From Geopsychrobacteraceae bacterium (GTDB lineage: Bacteria; Desulfobacterota; Desulfuromonadia; Desulfuromonadales; Geopsychrobacteraceae), in assembly GCA_963676795.2 (NCBI GenBank), contig CAXXTB010000002.1, forward strand, positions 1,536,001-1,600,000: a stretch of 64,000 bases of DNA, given 5' to 3'. This document shows, one piece after another, positions 29,431 to 38,885 of the stretch. The translations under genes and the position numbers were made by a program. The notes under the pieces were generated by a model. The model made no database searches. It had not been told where the DNA came from and saw only the letters and a list, made by a program, of their open reading frames with translations. The number at the start of each line of letters is the position of its first letter. Positions within the stretch are counted from its first letter, which is position 1.

Positions 29431-30689
29431 CACACTCAATTATCTTCAGTGATATTTGCGACAGCTATCCGCAGTTGAGCTCTCTTGCACGGATGTGTGA
29501 AAACGAGTCGTTGGACTGCTGGCTGGTCGGAGGGTCGGTCCGGGATCTGTTGCTGGGAAGAATACCCACAGATATCGATATCTGCTCTGTTCAGGATCCG
29601 ACACGACTTGCCAGGAGTTGGGCACGTCAGATCGGCGGCCGCTGGTTCTGGCTGGATGAGCAGCGCAGGCAGAGCCGTGTGCTTACCCCTGATTCATTGC
29701 TAACCGATTTCTGTCCCCTGCGAGCCCCCTCCCTCATTGAGGACCTTGCTCTTCGCGACTTTACTATAAACGCCATAGCTCTTCCTTTCTCTCGAAACAG
29801 CTCGGCTGCAGAGCTGATAGATCCGCTCGATGGCCGAAACGACCTTATGCTTGGGCAATTGAGACACTGTTCCGAGCGAAGTTTCAGTGATGACCCTCTG
29901 CGCCTGCTCAAGGGGATCCGTCATGCCGTCGATTTGAAATTCGCACTGAATGCGGCAACGCTCAGTCTCATGGCAAGTCAGTCCGGGTTGATCAGGAAGG
30001 TGGCGGGAGAGAGGATTCGCGATGAGCTCTGTCGTATCCTCGAGGCCGATGCGGACACCGGGCTTTCTCTTATGCAGGAAAGCGGTCTGCTGGTCGCGCT
30101 GTTTGACGGAATCGATATCAACCTGCCGCACAAGGATGAGCTGAACCGTCTGGATCGACTGTTGAGAGATCTGGAAAAATCCTCTGATCTTCCGCTTCAG
30201 CAGCGGGGCACGTTCTTGCTGGCCGAGTTACTCAGACAGGCTGGAATCTCAGCACTCAGGCCGCTTCTTCACGATCGTCTGCGACTGAGCCGTCAGCACC
30301 AGAGACTTGTCGAGCTGCTGCAGGCGAAAATCCCGGAACAGGTTATTAAGCAAATGACAGGGGCGCTGAACATGCGCCGGCAGGCTTTGCTCTATGAGCT
30401 GTATCAGCCCTGTGCTTTTGAACGATTGGTTCGCTGGGGGCTTTTTCCGGAGGCGCTACCATTGGCGAGGATACAGGAATTACGCCGGTCATTTACAGCA
30501 GAAGAGCAGGGGGGGAAGGTCCCCGATCTTCTCAATGGTCAGACGCTTGGTACTATGTTGGGACATGAAAAAATAGCTCAGATCGGCCCGCTCCTGAAAG
30601 CCGTCAAGCGGGCAGAGATCGAAGGAGAAATTTCGACACGAAAAGATGCCGAAAACTGGATAAAACAGCAGATTGCGATTGACAGATGA
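29427..30689 (+). CDS. Class II tRNA nucleotidyltransferase / poly(A) polymerase family, probably CC-adding
   Basis: VGGSVRDLLLG, DIDI, EDLALRDFTINA, DDPLR, ERIRDEL. The flexible loop before motif B is absent. Confidence 0.8.
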   Translation: MTHSIIFSDICDSYPQLSSLARMCENESLDCWLVGGSVRDLLLGRIPTDIDICSVQDPTRLARSWARQIGGRWFWLDEQRRQSRVLTPDSLLTDFCPLRAPSLIEDLALRDFTINAIALPFSRNSSAAELIDPLDGRNDLMLGQLRHCSERSFSDDPLRLLKGIRHAVDLKFALNAATLSLMASQSGLIRKVAGERIRDELCRILEADADTGLSLMQESGLLVALFDGIDINLPHKDELNRLDRLLRDLEKSSDLPLQQRGTFLLAELLRQAGISALRPLLHDRLRLSRQHQRLVELLQAKIPEQVIKQMTGALNMRRQALLYELYQPCAFERLVRWGLFPEALPLARIQELRRSFTAEEQGGKVPDLLNGQTLGTMLGHEKIAQIGPLLKAVKRAEIEGEISTRKDAENWIKQQIAIDR

Positions 30690-30708
30690 GAACTCAGATC
30701 ATTATACT
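30679..30708 (+). promoter_or_regulatory. Sigma70 promoter for tRNA-Gly
   Basis: TTGACA-18 nt-TATACT, ending 12 nt before the tRNA. Confidence 0.7.
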
Positions 30709-30720
30709 TCGACCACTCAA

Positions 30721-30796
30721 GCGGGAATAACTCAGTTGGTAGAGTGTCAGCTTCCCAAGCTGAAAGTCGCGGGTTCGAATCCCGTTTCCCGCTCCA
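30721..30796 (+). tRNA. tRNA-Gly(CCC)
   Basis: GCGGGAA/TTCCCGC acceptor stem, TCAGC-TTCCCAA-GCTGA anticodon arm, GGTTCGAATCC, encoded CCA. Confidence 0.95.
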
Positions 30797-30804
30797 ATAA
30801 AATC

Positions 30805-30836
30805 AAAGGGTTGCTAAGTACTCAGCAACCCTTTTT
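30805..30836 (+). terminator. Intrinsic terminator after tRNA-Gly
   Basis: aaagggttgct-N8-agcaacccttttt. Confidence 0.8.
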
Positions 30837-30941
30837 ATCTTTTCATGTATCTTTCTAAGTTATCGTGTGTCAACAGCAGCCGGGAGAACATTTCACTTTT
30901 TGGTTGCGAATCGGCCACAACCAAAAAAGTGAAAATGGAAA

Positions 30942-32201
30942 TTACTTTAAAGAGGGTGTAAAGCAGATTGTGTAAATGCCCCGTCGGTTAGAGCAGTGGC
31001 ATCCGCCCTTCAAATATATCGAAAACTGATTCAGTGCCGATCGCCAGTTGCGGATCGGCATTGTCCATTTCTTGGCAATATTCTGTAAAGCCAGATACAT
31101 CAGCTTAAACATGGCCTCGTCATTGGGGAACGAACCTCGGTTCTTCATTACCTTCCTCAGCGACATATTTATCGACTCAATGGCGTTGGTCGTGTAAATT
31201 GCCTTTCGGATCTCTGGCGGATAAGAGAACAGCGGAGTAATCCGCTTCCAGTTGTTTCGCCATGATTTGCTGATTGTAGGATGGCTGGAATCCCATTTAT
31301 CTCCGAAGAGTTCCAGGTGGTACCCAGCCTCCTCCAGTGTCGCCGCTGAATAGATTGTTTTTAAGTCGGCAGCGACTTCCTTGCGTTGTTTCCAAGAGAC
31401 GTAGTTCAGACTGTGCCGAACCATATGGACGATGCAGAGCTGAACCTGCGTTTTCGGGAAGACGGCCTCTATCGCTTCAGGAAATCCCTTCAGTCCGTCG
31501 ACGCAGGCAATGAAGATATCCTTGACCCCACGGTTCTTCAATTCGGTGACGACCTGCAGCCAGAATTTGGCTCCTCCATTCTCGGCAGTCCACATGCCTA
31601 GAACCTCTTTCACGCCGTCAAGATTGACACCAACAGCAAGATAGACAGCTTTATTTATGACTCGGTTATCCTGCCGAACCTTGACGCGAAGAGCATCAAG
31701 GTAGACGATTGGCCAAACATCATCAAGGGGGCGATTCTGCCACAGAACAACCTCCTCCTGAACAGCCTTGGTTACCTGAGAAACCAGCGTCGGTGAAATC
31801 TCAACCCCATAGATTTCTTCCAAGTGTGCCTGGATGTCGCGGGTGGTCATGCCGCGAGCATACAAAGCGATGATTTTATCATCAAAGCCAGAAAATCGGC
31901 TTTGCCCTTTGGGGAGGATAGCTGGTTCAAAGCTGGCATCCCGGTCTCGGGGAACAGAAATATCGAGTTCTCCAAACTCACCCTTGATCTTTTTCTGGTA
32001 ACTTCCGTTGCGGGTATTGCCGGATTTATTAGTAGTCGGAGCGTTTTTTTCATAGCCGAGGTGATCGGTCATCTCGGTCTGCATTGCCCGCTCCAAAAGT
32101 TTTTTTGTCAGTTGTTTCAGCAGCCCGGTTTCCCCAATGAGATCTTCAGGGTTTTTGTAGTCTTTCATCAGGCTCTCAAGCAGGTCGTCAGGTATAGACA
32201 T
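30942..32201 (-). CDS. IS256 family transposase with a C-terminal frameshift
   Basis: RNGSY, VPRDR, LYARGMTTRDI, VYLDAL, CVDGLKGF, QLCIVH, YTTNAIES. The ORF runs past the IR, while a shifted frame gives the expected ending FEGRMPLL* (stop at 30988). Confidence 0.85.
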   Translation of the reverse strand: MSIPDDLLESLMKDYKNPEDLIGETGLLKQLTKKLLERAMQTEMTDHLGYEKNAPTTNKSGNTRNGSYQKKIKGEFGELDISVPRDRDASFEPAILPKGQSRFSGFDDKIIALYARGMTTRDIQAHLEEIYGVEISPTLVSQVTKAVQEEVVLWQNRPLDDVWPIVYLDALRVKVRQDNRVINKAVYLAVGVNLDGVKEVLGMWTAENGGAKFWLQVVTELKNRGVKDIFIACVDGLKGFPEAIEAVFPKTQVQLCIVHMVRHSLNYVSWKQRKEVAADLKTIYSAATLEEAGYHLELFGDKWDSSHPTISKSWRNNWKRITPLFSYPPEIRKAIYTTNAIESINMSLRKVMKNRGSFPNDEAMFKLMYLALQNIAKKWTMPIRNWRSALNQFSIYLKGGCHCSNRRGIYTICFTPSLK

Positions 32202-32270
32202 CTGTGGTTCCTCCAGTGGTTACGGGTTGTAACCGACTGGGTCTATTTACACAAAGGATTTTACACCCTC
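30952..32270 (-). mobile_element. IS256-family insertion sequence (1319 bp)
   Basis: 26-bp terminal inverted repeats (gagggtgtaaagcagattgtgtaaat and the reverse complement of atttacacaaaggattttacaccctc, 21/26 identical) enclose a Mutator-type transposase. No flanking direct repeat. Confidence 0.9.
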
Positions 32271-32314
32271 GGAATGCCTTTTTGATAAAATTTGCATACA
32301 GTTCATGTGGGTTA

Positions 32315-33688
32315 TCAATTAAGTCCATACTTTTTCATCAGTTCTGGAACCTTGGCTTCTGCGGTCTGAATTTCTGCTGAGGACATGCGGGATCTAACTC
32401 TATCTAGATACTCTGATGTCATATCGCTATGTTTTGATTTAGCAGATTCTAACCGTTGTGTTATTAAATAGTGTGCGTATGCCAACATGTTGCTTTGAGT
32501 CACAACATCGCCGTGCTCATAAAATTGACCAATATTAAAAATGCCAACCTCATCCCCCAAGGCCGCTGCCCGCGAAGCAAAATCATAACTTTTTTGATAA
32601 TTTGCTGATATGCCAAGACCTTGCATATACAAAGTGCTTAAATTCGCAAGTGCTCCAGGATGGTCTTGCTGTGACGCTTTGTAAGTCCATTGATAGGCAG
32701 CATCAAGGTTTTGTTCTACACCTGTCCCTTGGTAATAGAACAACCCAAGATAGAATTGCCCTGTAACATCACCATTTTCTGCACCTTTTTTTATCCAAAA
32801 AAGTGCTTTGGACAAATCTTTCGAAACAACAGAGCCTTCAAAATACATCTGTCCGATATAGCTTTGTGCCTTCGGATAACCCTTGTCTGCAGCTTTTTGG
32901 TACCACTCAAAAGCTTTTTGTTTATCAATGGGTACTCCATCGCCAAAATCGTACATATTTCCGATTTCAAAATCTCCCAGACCGATACCCGCTTCTGATA
33001 ATTTTTCAAATATTTCCAAGGCCTTTTTCTTGTCTTCAGGGACCCCGTTACCGTTCCTATAACACAACCCCAGTTGATGCATGGCGACAGGATTCCCCTG
33101 ATCGGAGGCTTTTCGATACCAGTCAACCGCTTTTTGACTGTCTTGGGGAACTCCAGTCCCGAAGGCATAATCGTTAGCTATATTCAGTTGCGCATCTACT
33201 TGTCCAAGTTCTGCTGCTCTCAGGGACAGTTCAGCTGATTTTTTTTCATTTACTTCAACACCATGAAGCCCAAGTGAATAATATCCTGCCAGTTCAGCGA
33301 GGGCATCAGGGTCGTTTAGCTTGGCAGCCTGGTTAAGAAGCTTAAATGCCTCGTGGGGATTATCTGCAGGTGGTTCGGCAGGAGATGTCATCCGTCTTCC
33401 GAGCTCATAAAGAGCTGCTGGATCGTTCTGTGCTGCACGTTTTTCAATCTCTTCCAATACAACATGATATAGCGGTGGCTTAGAGTCGGCCAATATCAGC
33501 TGCTTCCCATTGACTACTTCGTACTTAAGTTGAAGAATCTTTTGCTCTTTTGAGGAATATTTTTTGTCATAATTGGATTTATGATCTTCGCTTTTGTGCT
33601 GTGTAGACTCTGGCTTGCAGGCCGTTGAAAGCAGAATAATTATGATTGCAAGACAAGCAAGAGCAGTATTTTTTGACAATATCTTCAT
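32315..33688 (-). CDS. Sel1-repeat lipoprotein, candidate T6SS immunity protein
   Basis: Signal peptide with lipobox LSTAC, about 9 Sel1-like repeats (e.g. AMHQLGLCYRNGNGVPEDKKKA). Lies 21 nt downstream of the effector; visibly AT-rich. Confidence 0.8.
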   Translation of the reverse strand: MKILSKNTALACLAIIIILLSTACKPESTQHKSEDHKSNYDKKYSSKEQKILQLKYEVVNGKQLILADSKPPLYHVVLEEIEKRAAQNDPAALYELGRRMTSPAEPPADNPHEAFKLLNQAAKLNDPDALAELAGYYSLGLHGVEVNEKKSAELSLRAAELGQVDAQLNIANDYAFGTGVPQDSQKAVDWYRKASDQGNPVAMHQLGLCYRNGNGVPEDKKKALEIFEKLSEAGIGLGDFEIGNMYDFGDGVPIDKQKAFEWYQKAADKGYPKAQSYIGQMYFEGSVVSKDLSKALFWIKKGAENGDVTGQFYLGLFYYQGTGVEQNLDAAYQWTYKASQQDHPGALANLSTLYMQGLGISANYQKSYDFASRAAALGDEVGIFNIGQFYEHGDVVTQSNMLAYAHYLITQRLESAKSKHSDMTSEYLDRVRSRMSSAEIQTAEAKVPELMKKYGLN

Positions 33689-33709
33689 AAACTTCAGATC
33701 CCGTTGTTT

Positions 33710-36700
33710 TTATAAATCACTGTAAGACGATGCATCATAAATAATTCTACGATTCCCGTCATGTCGTTTGTTACGAGGCTGATCGTAGAGATCGCGGTGA
33801 AACAGCCAGAGAGCAGTGACGGTACCTTTATCGTCAGTATCTGCCTTGGTATCATCACCAAATGCCGGTTCATAGGGAATGACGAGACTCTTGTCCCCAT
33901 TAATGTCGCAACAGACCATAACTGTAAGTTTGGTTTCGTGGTGATTCTGTAGATCCAAGCTGAAACTGTTCTGGTCTCGTGTCCATTCACTTAAGGGGCG
34001 TCGTGTCCCGGTTGCCAAAGTGGGGTCGATCATTTCATAAGTGATGGTCTCATTAACTGGTTTATGTGCAAGTCCTTTGTGTAACTGGTTATAGCTGTCT
34101 CGGATATATTCGGTGTAACCTGATTCGCAGCGCTCAATCTGGATGGTCGGCTTGCTGGCGGGCAAAAGCAGTGGAAAATCAACCCGAATTTGCAGCAGGC
34201 TGATCTGATTCAGCAAGGTTTCCTTGACGCTGATTGTGGGACGATAGACGGCATCCATCAATGCTTTTTCGGCTTCGATAGGGGTTTCGCACCAGATGGC
34301 ATAGCGCAGTGCGGACCCAGTTATGATTTCCGTTCCGTTCTTTTCCTGGCCTGAAGACATATCGCGGATTTTAGCCGTCATTTTATCTGGCTGGGTTCCA
34401 TGTTTATGTCCTAGGAACGATAGTTCTTTGCCGAAAGGACCGTTCTTGGCCCAAAGCTCTAGATTGGTACTTTCTGGAAAGACATAATAGCGGATAGCAG
34501 CAACAAGAACACCGAAAGCGATGGCAATGACGGCGGTGCCTCCAGAGCCGATGATCAGCCCCGTGGCCCAGGCGATTGTACCTGCGGTGGCCGATGCAAC
34601 TGCCGGAGTCATCAGCATGGCTCCCATTTTGAGTACATCACCTAGGGCCGCATCGTCACCTTGCTCAATATTATCGATCAGGCTTTTGAAGCTTAGACCA
34701 TATTCGACGGTGTTGCCGATATACCCGACAATCTTTCCATATTGAAACTTATGTAGTCTTGAAAATTGCCTAACAGCATTTGCTTGAACTTTTGAACCAT
34801 AAGCTGACAACTGATGAGCCGCATCCCGGGCGTCTTTCGCAGCTTCAAACAATCCACATAGAGCGCCAAGCAATTCGGCGTAGGTGGTCCAGTCTTTGGT
34901 CTTGCTTGGACTGTTGGAAATCGATTGTAGACCGTTAACGCCGTTGATGATTTCGACGATAGCCAACAGTCCGCCGATGGCATGAATGGCGGTGTGGTTG
35001 CGACCGACACGTTTGAGAAGTTGGTCATGTCCGGCGGCATCTTCGCAGCGATAGGTCGTGCTCCCTTTTGCGGTCTCGTTCTTAGCCTGCAGCACTTTGC
35101 GGATCGATTTAACCAGGGCGATTGGTACTTTTTTAACCAAGGGGCTGGTGCTGTCTTTTCCTTCGAGATAATAAGTGAGAAGCTCTTCTGAACTTGTTTT
35201 GACCGGCTGAAAATCGAGTCCGGCTACGCTTCCGGCCAAACCGACCAGCTGAGCCTTGACCCGTTCGATCTGATCTTCGAATGCTTTGTCATACTGATCG
35301 CGTAAAGCGATGACCTCTTCAAAGGGCTTGAAGAAGTGGCTGACAATGGTCGCACTGTCGACGAGATGCCGTCCTGTCTGACTGGAAAACTTTTGAGCAT
35401 TGTACTGATACAGGTCTGTTGCAGCTCCTTTATTTATCGGAAACAGACGGCTATGTAGCGGCAGTGGAGTCTGTACGTCGGCCAGTTTGATCAGTAATGC
35501 AATGCCGGCATCCTTGCGTCGCAGGGTCCAGCTGTCGAAATCACCGATAAAATCCAGGTCGAAATCGTATTGGTGTTTGTCCAGCAGCTGAATCAGGTCG
35601 GATACGGCCTTCCAGCCATCTGCATAGGCGCTGGGCCATTGAACATCCGCTTCGGGTTCATTGGGTTTCGGAGCGGCATAAAGATCCCAGTTACGTAAGG
35701 CTGTCAGGCTGAAATGGTCATCCAGCGCCTGCAGCAGGGGTGTTTCACCGGTTGCCAGCAACTCCTTGTCGAGAAAATCGACCAACGCCTGCTTACAGGA
35801 AATCAGATCGGGGCGCAGTTTTTCACGCGCTTGTTTTCCGAGAGCCTCTTCAAGCAGGCTCATATCGACGTTGTCTTTCAGTTTTACAATGGCCTTGAGG
35901 TGGCCATCATGCTTTTTCTGTTCAGCTTTTTCCTGTTTCTCCAATGTGTCAAGTTGTTCTTGTTTGGAGTCGATCTTTTTACGCAGCTGTTGTTGTGCCT
36001 TGACTTTATCTCGCCATGTGTCATCAAGCTCTGCCGGGTCGAGGTAGTGGTATAAGGGTGCCTGGTTAGTTTGAGTGAGTTGTCGGCGTTTTTTCTGTTC
36101 GGCTTCGATTTCCTGACGGAGTTTTGCTTCGTCTTGCTGAAGCTCTTGCAGGCTACGAGGTCGGGAAGTTCGTACTGTGAGAATGTTGTTGAGCAGTTTT
36201 GCAGAATTGAGCCAGCGCGCGGGCAAATATTTGCCATCCTTCATGGCTGCCGTGCCGTTCTGACTTTCAAGTTCTTTCACCTTGTCGATCATCAATCCGC
36301 ACTGAGCCTGATAGCGTTTAGCCAAATTACGGGCAATACCGACCGGGTCGTCCAGGTAGACCACGGGGATATCTTCGATGAGGCTGACCTTTCTTCCCCC
36401 GGCGGCATGGGTGAACTTGTCAGCTTCGCGCATGGCGACCGAGTGATCATCATTGGCTTGTCTGAGATTGTAGATTATCGCCGGACCTGAAGCATCGTTG
36501 ATTGTTGCAACCTGTTTTGAGGACTTGCTATGAGTCGATTCCGTTGGAGCAGGTACGCAATTCTTGAACTTGTTCAGACAATCACTCAAATCCAGCTTGT
36601 GCATCCGCTTATCACGCTGATCGGCGTTCTTCTTCATCTGCCGGATGCGTTCCTGACTCCACTGAACTTCGGAAAAAGCAATCCAGATCTCATGCGCGGT

Positions 36701-37234
36701 GTTGGCGATCTGGTAAGGGATAACGATGCGAAAGCCGGGCTGAACTGTGGCCGGTCGGTGTTCTGCTTTTTTCAGTTTGACCTTTTTATCGGCACTGAGC
36801 CTGTTCAGATTGACATCGCTGAAGGTGCCGTTGCCGTTTGATTTGAGCTCACGCCAGAGTTCACAGATCATACCGCTGTCTTTGGCCGGGCGGCGACGAA
36901 TAATGTAGAGCCAGCCTTGACGCGGATAGTCGGCCTTGGCCGGGTCGCGGTCGGGCGTGGTGTAGCAGCGCGGGATGACCGGCACGACAAAGTTGTCGAT
37001 CTTGCCCTGAAGTTCGTCACGTTTGCAGGTTTGGGGAAATCCCAGCAGAGGGCTGTAGGTTCCGCCTGCCGTACCCTGCAACGTCAGGTAGAGTGTCTTG
37101 CGCCCCCCGGATCTGGTCATCAGATGGATTTCGCGGGTTCCTTTGTTGTCTGAGGCTCCTTTGTGAAACGGATCGGCAATCGGCTTGATCGCTTCAAAAA
37201 CGAGATCAGGAGTCTCTTGCGTTGTGCTGCTCAT
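33710..37234 (-). CDS. T6SS effector with MIX/VasX-like N-terminus and hydrophobic C-terminal segments (putative membrane-targeting toxin)
   Basis: PRQGWLYII...ELWRE...IWIAFSEVQWS, IPVVYLDDPVGIA, a central coiled coil, hydrophobic TAGTIAWATGLIIGSGGTAVIAIAFGVLVAAI then LELWAKNGPFG. ATGA-coupled to the PAAR gene. Confidence 0.72.
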   Translation of the reverse strand: MSSTTQETPDLVFEAIKPIADPFHKGASDNKGTREIHLMTRSGGRKTLYLTLQGTAGGTYSPLLGFPQTCKRDELQGKIDNFVVPVIPRCYTTPDRDPAKADYPRQGWLYIIRRRPAKDSGMICELWRELKSNGNGTFSDVNLNRLSADKKVKLKKAEHRPATVQPGFRIVIPYQIANTAHEIWIAFSEVQWSQERIRQMKKNADQRDKRMHKLDLSDCLNKFKNCVPAPTESTHSKSSKQVATINDASGPAIIYNLRQANDDHSVAMREADKFTHAAGGRKVSLIEDIPVVYLDDPVGIARNLAKRYQAQCGLMIDKVKELESQNGTAAMKDGKYLPARWLNSAKLLNNILTVRTSRPRSLQELQQDEAKLRQEIEAEQKKRRQLTQTNQAPLYHYLDPAELDDTWRDKVKAQQQLRKKIDSKQEQLDTLEKQEKAEQKKHDGHLKAIVKLKDNVDMSLLEEALGKQAREKLRPDLISCKQALVDFLDKELLATGETPLLQALDDHFSLTALRNWDLYAAPKPNEPEADVQWPSAYADGWKAVSDLIQLLDKHQYDFDLDFIGDFDSWTLRRKDAGIALLIKLADVQTPLPLHSRLFPINKGAATDLYQYNAQKFSSQTGRHLVDSATIVSHFFKPFEEVIALRDQYDKAFEDQIERVKAQLVGLAGSVAGLDFQPVKTSSEELLTYYLEGKDSTSPLVKKVPIALVKSIRKVLQAKNETAKGSTTYRCEDAAGHDQLLKRVGRNHTAIHAIGGLLAIVEIINGVNGLQSISNSPSKTKDWTTYAELLGALCGLFEAAKDARDAAHQLSAYGSKVQANAVRQFSRLHKFQYGKIVGYIGNTVEYGLSFKSLIDNIEQGDDAALGDVLKMGAMLMTPAVASATAGTIAWATGLIIGSGGTAVIAIAFGVLVAAIRYYVFPESTNLELWAKNGPFGKELSFLGHKHGTQPDKMTAKIRDMSSGQEKNGTEIITGSALRYAIWCETPIEAEKALMDAVYRPTISVKETLLNQISLLQIRVDFPLLLPASKPTIQIERCESGYTEYIRDSYNQLHKGLAHKPVNETITYEMIDPTLATGTRRPLSEWTRDQNSFSLDLQNHHETKLTVMVCCDINGDKSLVIPYEPAFGDDTKADTDDKGTVTALWLFHRDLYDQPRNKRHDGNRRIIYDASSYSDL

Positions 37235-37809
37235 GCCTCCTCCAGATCGTCGTCATCTTCACAGAAATCGTCTTCCATACCGGCACTATTGATGTCCTGC
37301 TGGACGCTGAGCGCATCGCCGCTGGCCTGCAGCGGGAGAGCATCGGTCAATTCCGATTCTTCCAGCTTATCCACCTCAGTCAACTGCGTCTGCTTCGGCC
37401 TGGGCGCGCCCGGTTGCGAGAGCGGCATCGGTGCTGTATTGCAGTTGTTGCTGACCATCAGATCACCAGCCCGGACGGCGCGTTTACCTTCGATGAAAAC
37501 GTTACTTGAGGCGGTGATGAATTCGGCTTTTCCCTTGATAGTGCCGCTTTTAACGCCCATCCGGTTGCCCGGCTCATCACCGGTACTAGTGGCGAAGATC
37601 GAATCGATATGGCAAACCGGATGGCCATTGATAAAAACGGTACTGGCGGTGTTGGCGGCATCTTCGCTACGGGCCACGTTGGTATAGGGAATCGGCACTG
37701 TTGATTTGCCGATCTTGGTGTTGCAGACATCAACCGTGGTAAGAACCCCGCCGCTACCTTTATGAACGGCCGTGCGACCGTTGATCAGAGCGTTTTCTTT
37801 TTTAGCCAT
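37231..37809 (-). CDS. DUF4150 PAAR-like spike tip with acidic C-terminal extension
   Basis: VDVCNT...VPIPYTN, STGDEPG...GVKSG, SSNVFIEGKRAVRAGD; tail EDDFCEDDDDLEEA. Confidence 0.85.
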   Translation of the reverse strand: MAKKENALINGRTAVHKGSGGVLTTVDVCNTKIGKSTVPIPYTNVARSEDAANTASTVFINGHPVCHIDSIFATSTGDEPGNRMGVKSGTIKGKAEFITASSNVFIEGKRAVRAGDLMVSNNCNTAPMPLSQPGAPRPKQTQLTEVDKLEESELTDALPLQASGDALSVQQDINSAGMEDDFCEDDDDLEEA

Positions 37810-38885
37810 CAGGCGGCTCCTTTTGTCATTTGATTTTCACTGTATTTTTGCAGACAGAGTGCGCCGCGCTGGGCCTCTTGGCCTATCTCACAGACGACCG
37901 CCAAGGCTATGGGGTCAAACTTGTATTGAAAGCGTGCGAGGGCAAGGACCAGGGCCATCGGCAGAGATGCTGAGCCGCAGTGACCGATGCTGAGATGTGG
38001 GTTCAGTTCATGCGTATGTTCAGGTAGGCGACCGTTCTCTTTCCAAAGTTCACGTTGGCACTGATGCCATTCCAGGGTGCCGCTCTTATCAGGCACATAG
38101 CCGGTGATAATGCTGCCGAGCTGGTTGATGTCCGCGCCGCTCTGGTCGAGACTGGAACGGATTGAGCGAGCGAGCGCTCCGGTTGCTTTTGTTGCGGCTT
38201 TACCGACGTTTTCTTCCGTCTCAAAAGCCATGCCGGTTAAGTAGACCTGGCCGGTTTGTTGGGACTCCAGCGCTTTAAAAACGACAAAGGCGGCACCTTC
38301 ACCGGGGAGCATGCGGTCGGGATTTTTATCGCTGCAGCAACGTTGATCCTGAACGAGACCCATCAGCACATAGCGATCGATATGACTGTCGGCAGAGCCG
38401 AAGATGACCTTGTCGTAGACACCTTGTGACAATTTTTCCAGAGTGCTGCTGAGCAGTGGAATAACGCCGTTTTCGGCATTTTCAATCAGGATGGTTGCCG
38501 TTTGGAATTCAGAACGGATCTCGCGCAATGTTTCCTGAATCAGCTCCGCAGTGATCTGGGTCTGAACCTCAGGAAGGCAGATCAGGATCAGGGTTTTTTC
38601 GCTGATTTGAAGCTGAGGAAGTTCTTGCAGCGCATTCTGCAGTAACAGCAGGGTGCGCAGATCGCTGGTGAAATTTTCCGAATAGCTTTCATAGGGCGCC
38701 CAGAACGGCTGCTCCATCTGGTTATCAAAGGTTCTGAGTTTCAGGTTGGGAACCGCGGTGCGGCAGCTCAGGTTGGTGGCGACGCCGCCGAACAGTGCTG
38801 CGGGGAGTTCTCCGTAGGCGCAGCTGATGGAACTTGCGGTGATTGCGATGCGTTTTTTCTGCAGAGTTTGGTTGTTCTGGTTCAT
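37809..38885 (-). CDS. T6SS-associated thiolase/beta-ketoacyl-synthase-like protein (PRK06147-like), probably non-catalytic
   Basis: PGEGAAF and SIGHCGSAS motifs, no ACxS catalytic motif, position between DUF2169 and DUF4150. Start set at ATG 38885 (ATGA overlap). Confidence 0.7.
   Translation of the reverse strand: MNQNNQTLQKKRIAITASSISCAYGELPAALFGGVATNLSCRTAVPNLKLRTFDNQMEQPFWAPYESYSENFTSDLRTLLLLQNALQELPQLQISEKTLILICLPEVQTQITAELIQETLREIRSEFQTATILIENAENGVIPLLSSTLEKLSQGVYDKVIFGSADSHIDRYVLMGLVQDQRCCSDKNPDRMLPGEGAAFVVFKALESQQTGQVYLTGMAFETEENVGKAATKATGALARSIRSSLDQSGADINQLGSIITGYVPDKSGTLEWHQCQRELWKENGRLPEHTHELNPHLSIGHCGSASLPMALVLALARFQYKFDPIALAVVCEIGQEAQRGALCLQKYSENQMTKGAA

Noticed and set aside
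37809..38885. Ketoacyl-synthase-like gene as a second fatty acid/PKS locus linked to the pfa cluster
   Set aside because: No catalytic Cys motif is visible, and it sits in the DUF2169-DUF4150 T6SS accessory position.
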